Virus record (IMG/VR): IMGVR_UViG_3300024331_000007
Location: 1-64,000 of that record
Direction: 5' to 3' (one strand)
Source of the DNA: a virus
Lineage: Duplodnaviria > Caudoviricetes
Length of the DNA: 64,000 nt
The notes below the pieces were generated by a model. The model saw nothing but the letters and a program-made list of their open reading frames with translations, had not been told where the DNA came from and made no database searches. Of the stretch, positions 26,670 to 36,646 are shown piece by piece; the first letter of the stretch is position 1, and every line of letters starts with the position of its first letter. The translations under genes were made by a program, and so were the position numbers.

Positions 26670-27104
26670 TTATCTTCCGCGCAATACAGAAGGATCAAAC
26701 TTTTTCATTGCCGCAGCATATTTACGATCAATCCACGTTCCATCCGGTCTTTTAGCGTGAATCGGTATGATTACCTCAGCCTCAAATACTTGAGAGTTTT
26801 TGGCTATTACTTTCCCATCTCGTGTAGCTGGATTTTGACAATAGTGTGGAGCAAACCAAACATGACCTCCGCTCCAACCACAATTTTTACAAACCAATAA
26901 TCCATTACAAGAACTTGGATCAGTTCTAATTTCTTCGCGAACAAACATTATCTTGTCTTCGTGAACCTCGTGTTCACTTCCATCTTCGTCAATCTTTACA
27001 AGGCATGAATCGGTGTTAATTATGGCAAGCACGGTTCCAAGATCATCGTGGCTTTTGTATGGACTTGTAATTGCAAGAACTCTATCGCCTTTTTGAAAAA
27101 TCAT
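26670..27104 (-). CDS. hypothetical protein (SH3/KOW-like N-terminus)
   Basis: FQKGDRV...GTVLA. Confidence 0.5.
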   Translation of the reverse strand: MIFQKGDRVLAITSPYKSHDDLGTVLAIINTDSCLVKIDEDGSEHEVHEDKIMFVREEIRTDPSSCNGLLVCKNCGWSGGHVWFAPHYCQNPATRDGKVIAKNSQVFEAEVIIPIHAKRPDGTWIDRKYAAAMKKFDPSVLRGR

Positions 27105-27949
27105 GTGTTCCTTTCTTAACCAACACGAACCACAGCATTGCGATTTATATTTGGACCCCATTCAGGTGTGTAGTAACCATCAAAATGCTTTTTCGTGATT
27201 TTTGTTACGTGTGATACGGCCTCTGGATAATCAGTTCCTCCAGTAATCACAGTCGCATCCTGCGGCATCTTTTGCAATTCCAAAATCAATTCGCCAACTG
27301 TCATATTTCACCGCTTTCACTTTCCAAAATGTTCAGAACTTTTTCTTCGACGGCAAGGATTGGACACCATTTCGGAATGGGATTGATTTCACTGTCCCAT
27401 TCAACGTAACCAGAAGTTCCACGGAAGCCGTGTTCCGCTTTTTTGTCAGGTTTCAGTTTACAAAAATAGTCTGTAGCATATCCAGAACCCGGCGTGTGTG
27501 CTGAACCAGCGTAAGGACAGCAAATATTGTCATCTCCGTTGTTAACGCATCGATCAATGTTTATAACAATTTTTGCCACAGTAAGCCTTTCAAGATTCTA
27601 ATTTTTTCAGAAGCTTTTCTTGAATATCCAACCAAGCATATTTCCATGATTCTTCAATTGATACTGTCGATGATCCCAATAAGGTTCTCGGTCTACCAAA
27701 CCAATTTGTTTTCGGAGTTTCGGTGTGGATTTCCCACTGAATGCCAAATATATCTGGGCGACATTTGGCATCAGGATAGATCATCTTGACATTTTCTTCA
27801 TCTGTCATAATTGATTATATCACACAAAACACCAAAGGCCAGCTAAATTTTAGCTGACCAGCATGGAACAGTTTCGAACCAATTACAGTGTAAACATCAA
27901 TAAAGTTTGTATTTAATACACTGAGATTACATGTATTATATTGACACCC

Positions 27950-28856
27950 GATGGATTATGCCGTCTCTTGCGAAGACCGTCCGTGAGGACTTCGGTTTCC
28001 CATCACATCCACTAAGCCCTTTATTCAAGGTATCCTAGTCTGTCAACATCGTCGCCTTTTTTGAAGTCAGGCAGTGGACTTGTCTGATAAGGTTATTCTA
28101 CGCTCTCCATCCCGTCTGTTTTGCGAACAGTTCGAAGCCGCTAAGCCCCTACGAAATTTCCTGCACAAACTATCGCAACCTTGCGAGTCTTGATAGACTT
28201 GATTCTCTTGCGAGTCAAGCATTAGACGATTTTCGCCTTATCACGGAGCAGACTTTGCTTTTTGTAAGAAACAGTCAGAATCGAACTGACTACCCTCTGT
28301 TTAATAGACAGATGCTCTACCAATTGAGCTTTGTTTGCAACCCACATCATGTGCTGCTCCAGTTGCCAAGCCAGATTTTGTCCAGCCTGATACAACACAT
28401 GACATACCTTTCTTCTGCGGAATACTCAGTGGTACTTCACGAAAAATGTGCTTGCGCCCATTCTCCGTTCATACTGCATTTCAGCCCTAGCTTGCGAAGG
28501 CTCAGACCAAAACACTACCCTTTCCATTACGGAATAACAAGTTGATACGATAGGAAGACAGCATCACCTGTTTCTTTTCAATTGCCAAAGTTCCCTATCC
28601 CGAAGGCGTCGGCTTATAAACAATTGTTCTTTCCCTATCACTTGCGTCCTCTTTACAACCACCGCTTTTTTCAGTGATCGCCGTCTCGCGACGGATGGGA
28701 GGCTTGCATAGACGGACTAATTGCTTAGCGCAAGTGCGTAGGCTTCCTTGCTTTGGGCACCTCACGGTGCTTATCCTAATGGGGCTATGCCCCCAATCTT
28801 GTTTTCAAACATCTTTGCGAATCACCATATGATTCGGTTGCGTCAACTCAGCAACA
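27950..28856 (-). ncRNA. large structured RNA, GOLLD-like, with embedded tRNA-like domain
   Basis: ~900 nt with no credible ORF, many GCAA/GAAA/GTGA/GCGA-capped hairpins, own promoter, tRNA-cluster context. Confidence 0.65.
28266..28338 (-). tRNA. tRNA-Asn-like (ATT) inside the large RNA, no CCA
   Basis: AGCTCAATTGGTAGAGC D arm, TCTGT-CT ATT AA-ACAGA, GTTCGATTC. Confidence 0.65.
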
Positions 28857-28861
28857 TTTCA

Positions 28862-28890
28862 ATTCTACACATATTACATTTGTTTTTCAA
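28862..28890 (-). promoter_or_regulatory. sigma70-type promoter for the large RNA
   Basis: TTGAAA-17 nt-TAGAAT with extended TG. Confidence 0.7.
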
Positions 28891-29772
28891 GCAAATTATG
28901 TAGAAATTTGGACCCGTCCGACCATCCAATCATTTTCTGGATTGAAACAGTATTTCTTTTATCTTACATCTTGTTCAGTAGTTTGTCAACTACTATTTTA
29001 CTTTTTTCTTCCGACTGTTTTTGACCAGTGCGCAAAACGACTATATGCACGATCAACGGCACCTTCGTACCTTTCCATCAGAAAGATAACCAATAATACA
29101 AATAGCGAAACACCTACCAATACAGTAGCAATCATAAATGCTAAGCCTAGTGGCATGTATGTTTCCTTTCCAACTTTCTTAGAATATCGTAGTTTGATTC
29201 GTTTGTCAACTACTTTCTGAAAATTATTTTTCGATCTGCTGTAAATTCCAATTCACCGTCTGCAATCATTCGTGACAATGAGCTTCTCACATCATTATCA
29301 TAATACGGAGGGACGTGATCGCCTAACATATCCAGCAATTCTGTTGGATGCAATGGATTTTCTTTATGCATAAGGACAATCTGCAAAATACGTGTTTCAA
29401 CTGGAACAGGGTCGCCTTCTAAAACCCATTTCATTATTGGTTTTTGAACGAATTGTCCCATCACTTGTGTTTACTCTTTCGATTGTTTTCGGCCCACTTC
29501 CTAATATCACGAGCCGCTTTCCTGTATTCTGCGGGAGAGTGCGCCCGTACAAATTTTGTATCAATGTCAGCAATCATCAGTCCGATTGCCTGATATTCTT
29601 CTCTCATGTCGGAAATCAATTGAAGTTTTCGCAATGTCGGTAACTTTGTATATTGTGCCAAACTTGACGTAATGCTTGCTTCCTGTGAATCCATGCGAAT
29701 ATCTATACGTTTCATGGACCGATCCTTATTCCGTCTCGGTCCAGAATAAACTGGACCGATTCGAGGTTGTGC

Positions 29773-30033
29773 TTACTTCTTTACTGCATGTTTGATTTGC
29801 GAAGCCGCGTGGGAAACTCCCTTTACCGCACCAACTACAAGATACTTACCTGTGCCATAAACATCTTCAACAACTGTCTTTGTCACCTTGAATGTATCCA
29901 CCGAAACATGCTCAACGATCTTGCCTGTCTCCTTGACAACTGCCTTTCCGCCGCTATAAACATCGTCGGAAGCGAATGCAGGGGTTCCGCTCATCAGAAT
30001 TGCAAATGTTGCAAAAACAAAAATCTTCTTCAT
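29773..30033 (-). CDS. secreted protein with 11-aa quasi-repeats
   Basis: Signal peptide MKKIFVFATFAILMSGTPAFA; G..VV repeats. Confidence 0.6.
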   Translation of the reverse strand: MKKIFVFATFAILMSGTPAFASDDVYSGGKAVVKETGKIVEHVSVDTFKVTKTVVEDVYGTGKYLVVGAVKGVSHAASQIKHAVKK

Positions 30034-30046
30034 TATTTTTTCCTCT

Positions 30047-30769
30047 TTAGAAAATTGGCTTGCACGATCCTAAAACTTGATTGTACTCAGCCGTCATTTG
30101 TTCAGGTGTCCATTGGTAATGAAACGCCCACCTGTTTTGTTTGTTAAAGTTGCTCAATCTCGTTCCTAGCAACGTATGTCTGCTTATGTAATAAGGCAGA
30201 TTCAGCTTCTTGAAGTGCATCAAGTATAGCGAATCATTTGATTCTACCATACCAGAGGGGGTATTTGTCAAACTATGGCATCCCGCTGCATAACGAATAT
30301 CCAAATTTGGGTTGAAAATCATTCTCTTATCGAAACTGACCGCTCTTGCACCGTTTTGATACACAAATGGAAGATTCTCGTCTGGTTTCAATTCACAGTT
30401 TGGTACAATCTCATAGCCTGTGACCTTTGGAAGCGTTACACCAGTATTTTTGTAAAACTCTAATCTTTCTGAGAGTTGGGGGTGAAATAAAAACTCATCC
30501 ACATCACATACAAGAACCCAATCGGCCTCGCCGCGTGATTCTTTATAGCAACTCTGCTTTATCTCCACATAACGATGCTCGTTTATTTCGTTGTTGCTAC
30601 TCCATGAACGAATTTCAGCTTTCGGACATGCGCGAACAATTTCAGGAGTTCGATCAGTTGATTCGTTATCGTAAATGACTATCTTATCGCAAAATTCTGA
30701 ATAGTAACGAAGAAAATAAGGCATAATGACTTCTTCGTTCCATGCAATGGCGTAGACATGTATTTTCAT
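30047..30769 (-). CDS. glycosyltransferase family 2-like
   Basis: AWNEEVIMPYFLRYY...DNESTDRT...WVLVCDVDEF. Confidence 0.8.
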   Translation of the reverse strand: MKIHVYAIAWNEEVIMPYFLRYYSEFCDKIVIYDNESTDRTPEIVRACPKAEIRSWSSNNEINEHRYVEIKQSCYKESRGEADWVLVCDVDEFLFHPQLSERLEFYKNTGVTLPKVTGYEIVPNCELKPDENLPFVYQNGARAVSFDKRMIFNPNLDIRYAAGCHSLTNTPSGMVESNDSLYLMHFKKLNLPYYISRHTLLGTRLSNFNKQNRWAFHYQWTPEQMTAEYNQVLGSCKPIF

Positions 30770-30776
30770 AGGAGTT

Positions 30777-30857
30777 TGGTAGCCGGGGTAGGATTCGAAC
30801 CTACGATCATATCTTTCTTGTAAGGAAAGCGGTTTGGGCCACTCACACCACCCGGCC
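30777..30857 (-). tRNA. tRNA-Val (TAC)
   Basis: CT-TAC-AA, A73, CCA. Confidence 0.85.
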
Positions 30858-30860
30858 ATG

Positions 30861-31367
30861 TTAACTAATCAATTGTACTTCCACAACTTCGGCTCCAGTG
30901 AATCCACCGAAATAATCATCGCTGACATATTCTTCGTATGGCTTACCAGCATCATTCCAAATCGTAACCATCTTGTGACTGCCGCTCTTGTACTTGTTCA
31001 GAGCGGCACAAGACTTGTCTGCCAACTTTTCGTCACGATACAACTCTACAAATTCAATCCTGCCAGTATCGGAACCAAAACTATCGCCCGTGTCGTGCAA
31101 ATAGTATAACAGGTAATACGTCTTGTTCGGTTCTATTTCAAACATGCAATCAATATCGCCATATGAAGGATGAACCCTGATTCCGCGAATGTGATGCGAC
31201 GTGTGGGTAGAATCCCTGCCCCACGAATCTTCGGGATCAGCATACGATGTTACGTCTGTGTACGAATCATCTTCAACAGAAACGTGTGTGATCTTTGGCA
31301 GAATCTCGTTAATCTTCTTTGCTGCCTTCTTCTGCTGCGTGATCTTTGACATTTGAAACCCTTTCAA
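30861..31367 (-). CDS. hypothetical protein
   Basis: ORF track. Confidence 0.6.
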   Translation of the reverse strand: MKGFQMSKITQQKKAAKKINEILPKITHVSVEDDSYTDVTSYADPEDSWGRDSTHTSHHIRGIRVHPSYGDIDCMFEIEPNKTYYLLYYLHDTGDSFGSDTGRIEFVELYRDEKLADKSCAALNKYKSGSHKMVTIWNDAGKPYEEYVSDDYFGGFTGAEVVEVQLIS

Positions 31368-31487
31368 ATCCTGTGTTTGACATCAAAAACTTTGTCCCAT
31401 CTGGACAGACAATGTATATCTCCGAAACTTTTGCCAGCTTTCGAATAATATCTTGATTCTCAAATAGAAGTTTCAAGTCTTTCATAT

Positions 31488-31562
31488 TGGAGTTCTCGGC
31501 GGGGATCGAACCCGCATTATCAATTTAGGAAATTGAAGTCCTATCCGTTGAACGACAAGAAC
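31488..31562 (-). tRNA. tRNA-Arg (CCT)
   Basis: TT-CCT-AA, CCA. Confidence 0.85.
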
Positions 31563-31567
31563 AAAAT

Positions 31568-31651
31568 TGGTAGGGGAGGAGGGACTCGAACCCCCAAGGC
31601 TCTTTCATTTTGAGTGAAAACTGTCTGCCGTTCCAGCTTAACCACTCCCCC
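31568..31651 (-). tRNA. tRNA-Leu (CAA), short variable region
   Basis: CT-CAA-AA, A73. Confidence 0.8.
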
Positions 31652-32391
31652 ATAAACTTTCGGTTGTTTGCTACTAATAGGTATTGTTTTCTCTCTGCCC
31701 TCTTGTCACTATTCCGACATTCGGTACTTCTTTGCTACCAATTGACGTTCATCATTACATCAGTATTTATACGAACTTCGCCAAGTAATTGAATAACCAC
31801 TGGTCGAAACTTCCGCATTCGTCAGTATAGCCTACAGTATAGCATGCGGAGACGAGTTTGTGTGCATCTTTTAATTGACTCATTGAGTCTGAAAATTGTT
31901 TACCAAAATCTTTAGTTTTTTCAAGCCATTCGAAAAATGAATCGTCCAAATCAGCATCCTCGTCTTCAGGTGCTGGATCAACTTCAGGTTTCATGGAGAA
32001 AATGAAACTCGGATCGTTACAAATAACTAACCCGTAATCTCCAGTTTTCATTGCATTTCCATCTTGAGTTGCTAGCACTAAAAAGAAATCAGGCAACACT
32101 TCTTTGCCATCATTCATAAGAATTGCTTTTGCGCTGCATTGCTCACACATGTTAGGACTCGTTTATACCTTTCATATACCATTCAATAAAATCCATGACG
32201 AGTGAACCAATTCCACTGAATATTAGTGCAATCGAAGATACTAGCGTTGCCAATATCCACCAATACGGAACATGATGGCTGATTGGAATCTCCGCTTTTA
32301 TCAATAGACAACACGCAACGCCGTAAAGTAAAAGTATAATCAATCCGCCCAAAGCGAATAAAAATCCGTTCTCAAACAACTTTCTCATACT

Positions 32392-32781
32392 TCACTTCCA
32401 AAGACTTCGAATTGCAAAAACCATTTTCCAAAACTTTAATTGAATCTCGTCAATGAATGCGCCTTTGACTTTCGCATCGAAGTTTACGGCGCTTGGTACT
32501 CTGCCGATTCCCGGCAATTGATCGAAACCCTTTTGTCCATCTTCGCGCTGTAGTAGACGCCATGCGCCATCTTTGATTCTAATAACTTGGCCCGTAAAAA
32601 CTCCCTGAGTTGGATTCGTACTTTTCTTCCAACCATCACAAGTGCATTTGTATGGCGATACGCGACCATTACAAGGTTCGATACATCCACCAAACCACAC
32701 AGAGCCTTGTTTGACTAATCGATTTGCTTCTGCACCTGATCGCGCCATCTTGAGCAATACTAATGCTTTTACAAGTCTCAT
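32392..32781 (-). CDS. S4-like RNA-binding domain protein with Cys insert
   Basis: LVKALVLLKMARSGAEANRLVKQGSV resembles TyrRS C-terminal S4 domain. Confidence 0.6.
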   Translation of the reverse strand: MRLVKALVLLKMARSGAEANRLVKQGSVWFGGCIEPCNGRVSPYKCTCDGWKKSTNPTQGVFTGQVIRIKDGAWRLLQREDGQKGFDQLPGIGRVPSAVNFDAKVKGAFIDEIQLKFWKMVFAIRSLWK

Positions 32782-32790
32782 GATTTTCTT

Positions 32791-33216
32791 TCAATTAGCA
32801 AGATAGTGAAGCGTGACAAAGTTTGGATCGGCATATGCTACTTGCTTGCTTGTTTTATAAACCAATTGAGCATTGAACTTTTTATCTTCAACTGTTTTGC
32901 CTTCCGTGTAGGCATTTGTTCCGCGAACTCGTTGAAGAACAACATAATAATTGTCTTCAAAACGGGTTAATACAATTCCTTTATCTTTTGCGTTCGGTCC
33001 AATCTTTTTGGCTGATTCGTCGGACAATTGGCTGTAATCCATAAAATATTCAATTTTATGTTTTTCAAAGCCGACTATCTTAAAGAGAGTCAATTCTCCA
33101 TTCCCGAAAACAGCAGTTACAAAATCATTCTTTTGAAGTTCGCGATTTACGGCATCGGGCAATGAGGTTAGCTCAGTTTTTGTCGTTGTGTTAAAGTATA
33201 ACGATTTCTTAGCCAT
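32791..33216 (-). CDS. hypothetical early protein
   Basis: ORF behind sigma70 promoter. Confidence 0.6.
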   Translation of the reverse strand: MAKKSLYFNTTTKTELTSLPDAVNRELQKNDFVTAVFGNGELTLFKIVGFEKHKIEYFMDYSQLSDESAKKIGPNAKDKGIVLTRFEDNYYVVLQRVRGTNAYTEGKTVEDKKFNAQLVYKTSKQVAYADPNFVTLHYLAN

Positions 33217-33222
33217 ACATCC

Positions 33223-33251
33223 ATTATACCAAAAATCACAGCAGGAGTCAA
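33223..33251 (-). promoter_or_regulatory. sigma70-type promoter
   Basis: TTGACT-17 nt-TATAAT. Confidence 0.85.
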
Positions 33252-33277
33252 TTAAAAATAAGTCCTTTGTTTTGAGT

Positions 33278-33352
33278 TGGTTGGCCCTGACTGAATCGAA
33301 CAGTCATCTCACAGTAATCGGCTGTGGGTATTTTCCATTATACGAAGGGCCA
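33278..33352 (-). tRNA. tRNA-Ile (GAT)
   Basis: CACAG-CC GAT TA-CTGTG. Confidence 0.75.
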
Positions 33353-33924
33353 ATAATCAATAGTGCAACATTCTCAAAAACTCTTTCATTACAAAGTTGT
33401 ATGCGTCAATCCATGCTTTGTTTTTGTTCGGGCTGCTCTCTTTATTTGTTTCCAGCCATAATCCATTTGTTTTGCCGTTTGACGGAACTAAAATTGAGAA
33501 CCGAGTGCCGATTGTCTCGCACCCGTACGTGTGTAAAATGGCATGGGGATACATTTCCAATACCTTTTTACGTGCATCAATCGCTTTTCTGCTCAGTTTC
33601 ATGGCTTATCTCTCGATAGAATTTCAGCAATCGTTGTAGTCTATTGCTGTCTGATTCTCTGTTGTAAGCATGCCTACAGCTATCAGAACAGAAGCCCCAA
33701 TGATCGGCAAGTTTCCGATTTCTAAAAAATCGTTTAAAACAATACAGGCATCGGTATTTGTACATACTACTATTTACAGTGGATGTTGTATTTCCAATGG
33801 TATAAATCTTGACAGTTCCTACAACAAAAACATAACCGAAAAGGAGAATTGATTTTATTCAATTCACTTTTAGGGCCGAGTTTTGTGTAACAGTACAGAC
33901 AACGATATATAGCCATAATGTTTT

Positions 33925-34004
33925 TGGTAGGCGCGGTTGGATTCGAACCAACGACCTGTTTCTTATCAGGAAACTGCTCTGAAACCGGGCTGAGCTACGC
34001 GCCT
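33925..34004 (-). tRNA. tRNA-Ile (GAT)
   Basis: CT-GAT-AA, CCA. Confidence 0.9.
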
Positions 34005-34010
34005 ATAAAT

Positions 34011-34085
34011 TGGCTGGGGGTGAAGGATTCGAACCCTCATAGACTGATTCAAAGTCAGTCGTCCTAGCCATTGAACGAACCCCCA
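34011..34085 (-). tRNA. tRNA-Gln (TTG)
   Basis: U1:A72, G73, CT-TTG-AA. Confidence 0.9.
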
Positions 34086-34092
34086 TTAAATT

Positions 34093-34179
34093 TGGTGGAC
34101 AGTAGAGGATTTGAACCTCTAGTTTTGTTATTTACTACCCTTCAGAGGTAGTGCGTCTGCTCTATTCCGCCAACCGCCC
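34093..34179 (-). tRNA. atypical tRNA: Leu-type body, G3:U70, loop TC-TGA-AG
   Basis: GGGCGGT/ACTGTCC; CTACC/GGTAG stem. Confidence 0.55.
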
Positions 34180-34193
34180 ATATGTTTCTAAAA

Positions 34194-34281
34194 TGGTACA
34201 CAGGGTAGGAGTTGAACCTACAGGATTTTGGTGTTTGCATCTTCTAAAAATGCTGCGTCTACCGACTTCCGCCACCTGTGT
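34194..34281 (-). tRNA. tRNA-Leu (TAG)
   Basis: TT-TAG-AA, Leu-type D loop. Confidence 0.85.
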
Positions 34282-34569
34282 ATAACCTTTCATTTTCAGA
34301 CTGTAGTACCAATTGTCAGCGCATAAAGATTCAAAGTCTTCTGCTTAATTGCCTGAACAACGAAATAAAAACTTTTTGAAGAAGCCAAACCCTCGAACCT
34401 TCTTCGTGCTGGATTCACCTTATACTACCTTCGCACTTTTGTTGTTTCAAGCGAAGCACCGCCATTCTCCAGTTTCCCTTAATATTTTGTCGATCCTGCT
34501 TTCTGATTTACATCAATGCCTATCTTTTTCAAGTGCCGCTGGTGTGCAGAGGAAACCTCGACAAAATTT

Positions 34570-34644
34570 TGGTAGCGCGTAAGGGAGTCGAACCCTTCTT
34601 CGCAGATTGAAAGTCTACTGTCCTAACCGATAGACGAACACGCC
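34570..34644 (-). tRNA. tRNA-Glu (TTC)
   Basis: CT-TTC-AA, CCA. Confidence 0.9.
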
Positions 34645-34653
34645 ATATAAACT

Positions 34654-34737
34654 TGGTAACGTAGAAGGGGATCGAACCCTCTTGTCCGAAGACGCCAGAT
34701 TGAAAGTCTGGTGACCTGCCAATTAGTCATCTACGTC
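34654..34737 (-). tRNA. tRNA-Glu (TTC) with long variable arm
   Basis: Extra arm GTC-TTCG-GAC. Confidence 0.85.
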
Positions 34738-34746
34738 ACATAATCT

Positions 34747-34822
34747 TGGTAGTCCCAACGGGATTCGAACCCGTATTTCTTGTCTGAGAAACAAGCTGCC
34801 TAAACCATTAGCTGATAGGACC
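34747..34822 (-). tRNA. tRNA-Glu (CTC)
   Basis: TT-CTC-AG, CCA. Confidence 0.85.
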
Positions 34823-34840
34823 ATATTGCTCAATATTTAT

Positions 34841-34942
34841 CGGCCCGTAGAAGGTATTGCACCTCCATCCTTCAAGTGGTCCGTAAAAACCAGTATGAAG
34901 GACAATCGCTCCGCAGTTTACGCTACGTTCAATATACGGGAC
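34841..34942 (-). ncRNA. tRNA-like RNA with elongated anticodon-position arm
   Basis: CCCGTA/TACGGG acceptor, GGAGG-TGCAATA-CCTTC T arm, TCCTTCA/TGAAGGA stem. Confidence 0.5.
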
Positions 34943-35217
34943 ATCTTGTTACTAAAGGCCGAGGGCTTGGGATTTCACAAGGTTCCGCGTGGGTCATGAC
35001 TCCCACAGTCGTCTATCCTTCCCTCTTGGCAATAATTCGGTAACGGCTGGACTCGAACCATGCGCTGCCCCCTTTAGCGGGGAGTGCTCAACCTGCTACA
35101 CCACAATTACTTACTTTATCGCCTCAACTTTCAAAACTAAACTTTGCTGGATGGTTTGTTCCATCTGTTAGTTGGATGGAGTCCTGACACTGGTTCCAGC
35201 GACCAGTTCAAATATGT

Positions 35218-35302
35218 TGGCAGGGGTGACAGGGATCGAACCTGCTATGAGTTTCCTCGCCAGTTTTGGAGACTGGTGTCGTACCATTACGACTACACCC
35301 CT
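35218..35302 (-). tRNA. tRNA-Trp (CCA) with long variable arm
   Basis: CT-CCA-AA, G73; extra arm GAG-GAAA-CTC. Confidence 0.85.
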
Positions 35303-35312
35303 ATAAAATCTA

Positions 35313-35402
35313 TGGCGGGAGATGAAGGACTTGAACCTTCGGTGTGAGATTTATCTCATTCGGGTTTGGAGTCCGATGCTGTCGCCGCTGAGCCAATCTC
35401 CC
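35313..35402 (-). tRNA. tRNA-Trp (CCA) with long variable arm, Tyr-like body
   Basis: CT-CCA-AA; TGAGAT-AA-ATCTCA arm. Confidence 0.8.
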
Positions 35403-35863
35403 GTATTAACCTTCAAACTTTTCCAGAATTTCCTCACCCATTCCAACTTTGATAAGTTCTTCTGCTCTTGCAATTCCTTTGACTTTTGCCTCTTCCTTGG
35501 TTACGTAACCTTCGGAAAGTATCGTCATTTGAAACCATGCTTTCGGTTTGGCTGTTTTGTAATGACCTCTCAATGCCCATCCCTTTTTGGTATCTGGCGC
35601 ATCGAATGTATAGATCAGGTTAGACCAAAACTCGTCAAACGATTCCATGTGTTTCCTTTCTACTTGGTAAGATTATCAAAGAATATCTTCATTTTCTCAA
35701 AATGTTCTTTGCAAAGATTAAATCCTTGCAATTTGTGGTCGCCTGTCTTATTGCATTCTGGTAAATCACAAATCGCGTTCTTCTTTGACATAATACCTCT
35801 AAACTTATGGGATAAGGACAATGCGAGTGTCGTTATCCCTGCATCTGTTGAATCATCGCATAA

Positions 35864-35934
35864 CAGGTAAGCAGGAATTGAACCTACTTTTCTGGCTCCA
35901 ATCGCCAGTGTCCTAGCCGATAGACGATTACCCT
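35864..35934 (-). pseudogene. degenerate tRNA-Gln-like (TTG), no CCA
   Basis: CTGGC-GA TTG GA-GCCAG; A33. Confidence 0.5.
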
Positions 35935-35956
35935 AATTCAACAAACCTAAAACTTT

Positions 35957-35975
35957 TGGCGGTCCCGACGAGATT
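35957..35975 (-). pseudogene. tRNA 3' remnant (from T-loop to CCA), Asp-like
   Basis: AAT-CTCGT-CGGGACC-G-CCA. Confidence 0.65.
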
Positions 35976-36001
35976 TATTTGGTATTTTGATAAATATTGA
36001 T

Positions 36002-36646
36002 ATGCCCAATACCGCCAATCTCGTTTGTGATTATTGCAATTCAACTTTTGTTAGAACATCTAAAGATATCGCATCATCCCGAATCGCTAATTCTAAATCA
36101 AAATTCTGTTCTCGAACATGTATGGGATTATCCAATATAACAACGAAAACGGTTACGTGTTTACAATGTAACAAACTCTTTCAAAAACAAGCACATCGAA
36201 TTAAAAAATCACCTAATCATTTTTGTGATCGTTCATGCTCAGCCAAATATCACAATGTTCATAAAACTATTGGAACTCGGCGTTCAAAACTTGAAATTTT
36301 TCTGGAATCTAAACTTCGTAAGTCATATCCAGAATTGAAACTCCTGTGCAATGATAAATCTGCCATTAATTCAGAACTCGATTTCTACTTCCCAGAGTTA
36401 CAACTTGCAATAGAATTAAACGGAATACTCCATTTTGAACCCATTTATGGTAATAGCAAACTGACTCAAATTCAATCGAATGATACTAAGAAATCCTTTT
36501 TATGTCATCAGCAGCATATCAATCTTGCTGTTATCGACTGCTCTACATATTCTCATCTAACTGAAAAAGTTAAAAACAAATATTGGAACATTGTTAATAA
36601 CCTTTTAGCAAATATGGCGGGGAATATGGGTAACGATCCCACCTGA
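36002..36646 (+). CDS. Cys-rich Vsr/DUF559-like endonuclease, copy 3
   Basis: Same core as 11249 and 14545 ORFs; C-terminus overlaps tRNA-Asp 3' end antisense. Confidence 0.75.
   Translation: MPNTANLVCDYCNSTFVRTSKDIASSRIANSKSKFCSRTCMGLSNITTKTVTCLQCNKLFQKQAHRIKKSPNHFCDRSCSAKYHNVHKTIGTRRSKLEIFLESKLRKSYPELKLLCNDKSAINSELDFYFPELQLAIELNGILHFEPIYGNSKLTQIQSNDTKKSFLCHQQHINLAVIDCSTYSHLTEKVKNKYWNIVNNLLANMAGNMGNDPT

Noticed and set aside
29715-29765. Palindromic GGACCGA/TCGGTCC repeats
   Set aside because: Most simply a terminator or processing hairpin between co-oriented genes; too little evidence for an operator or origin.
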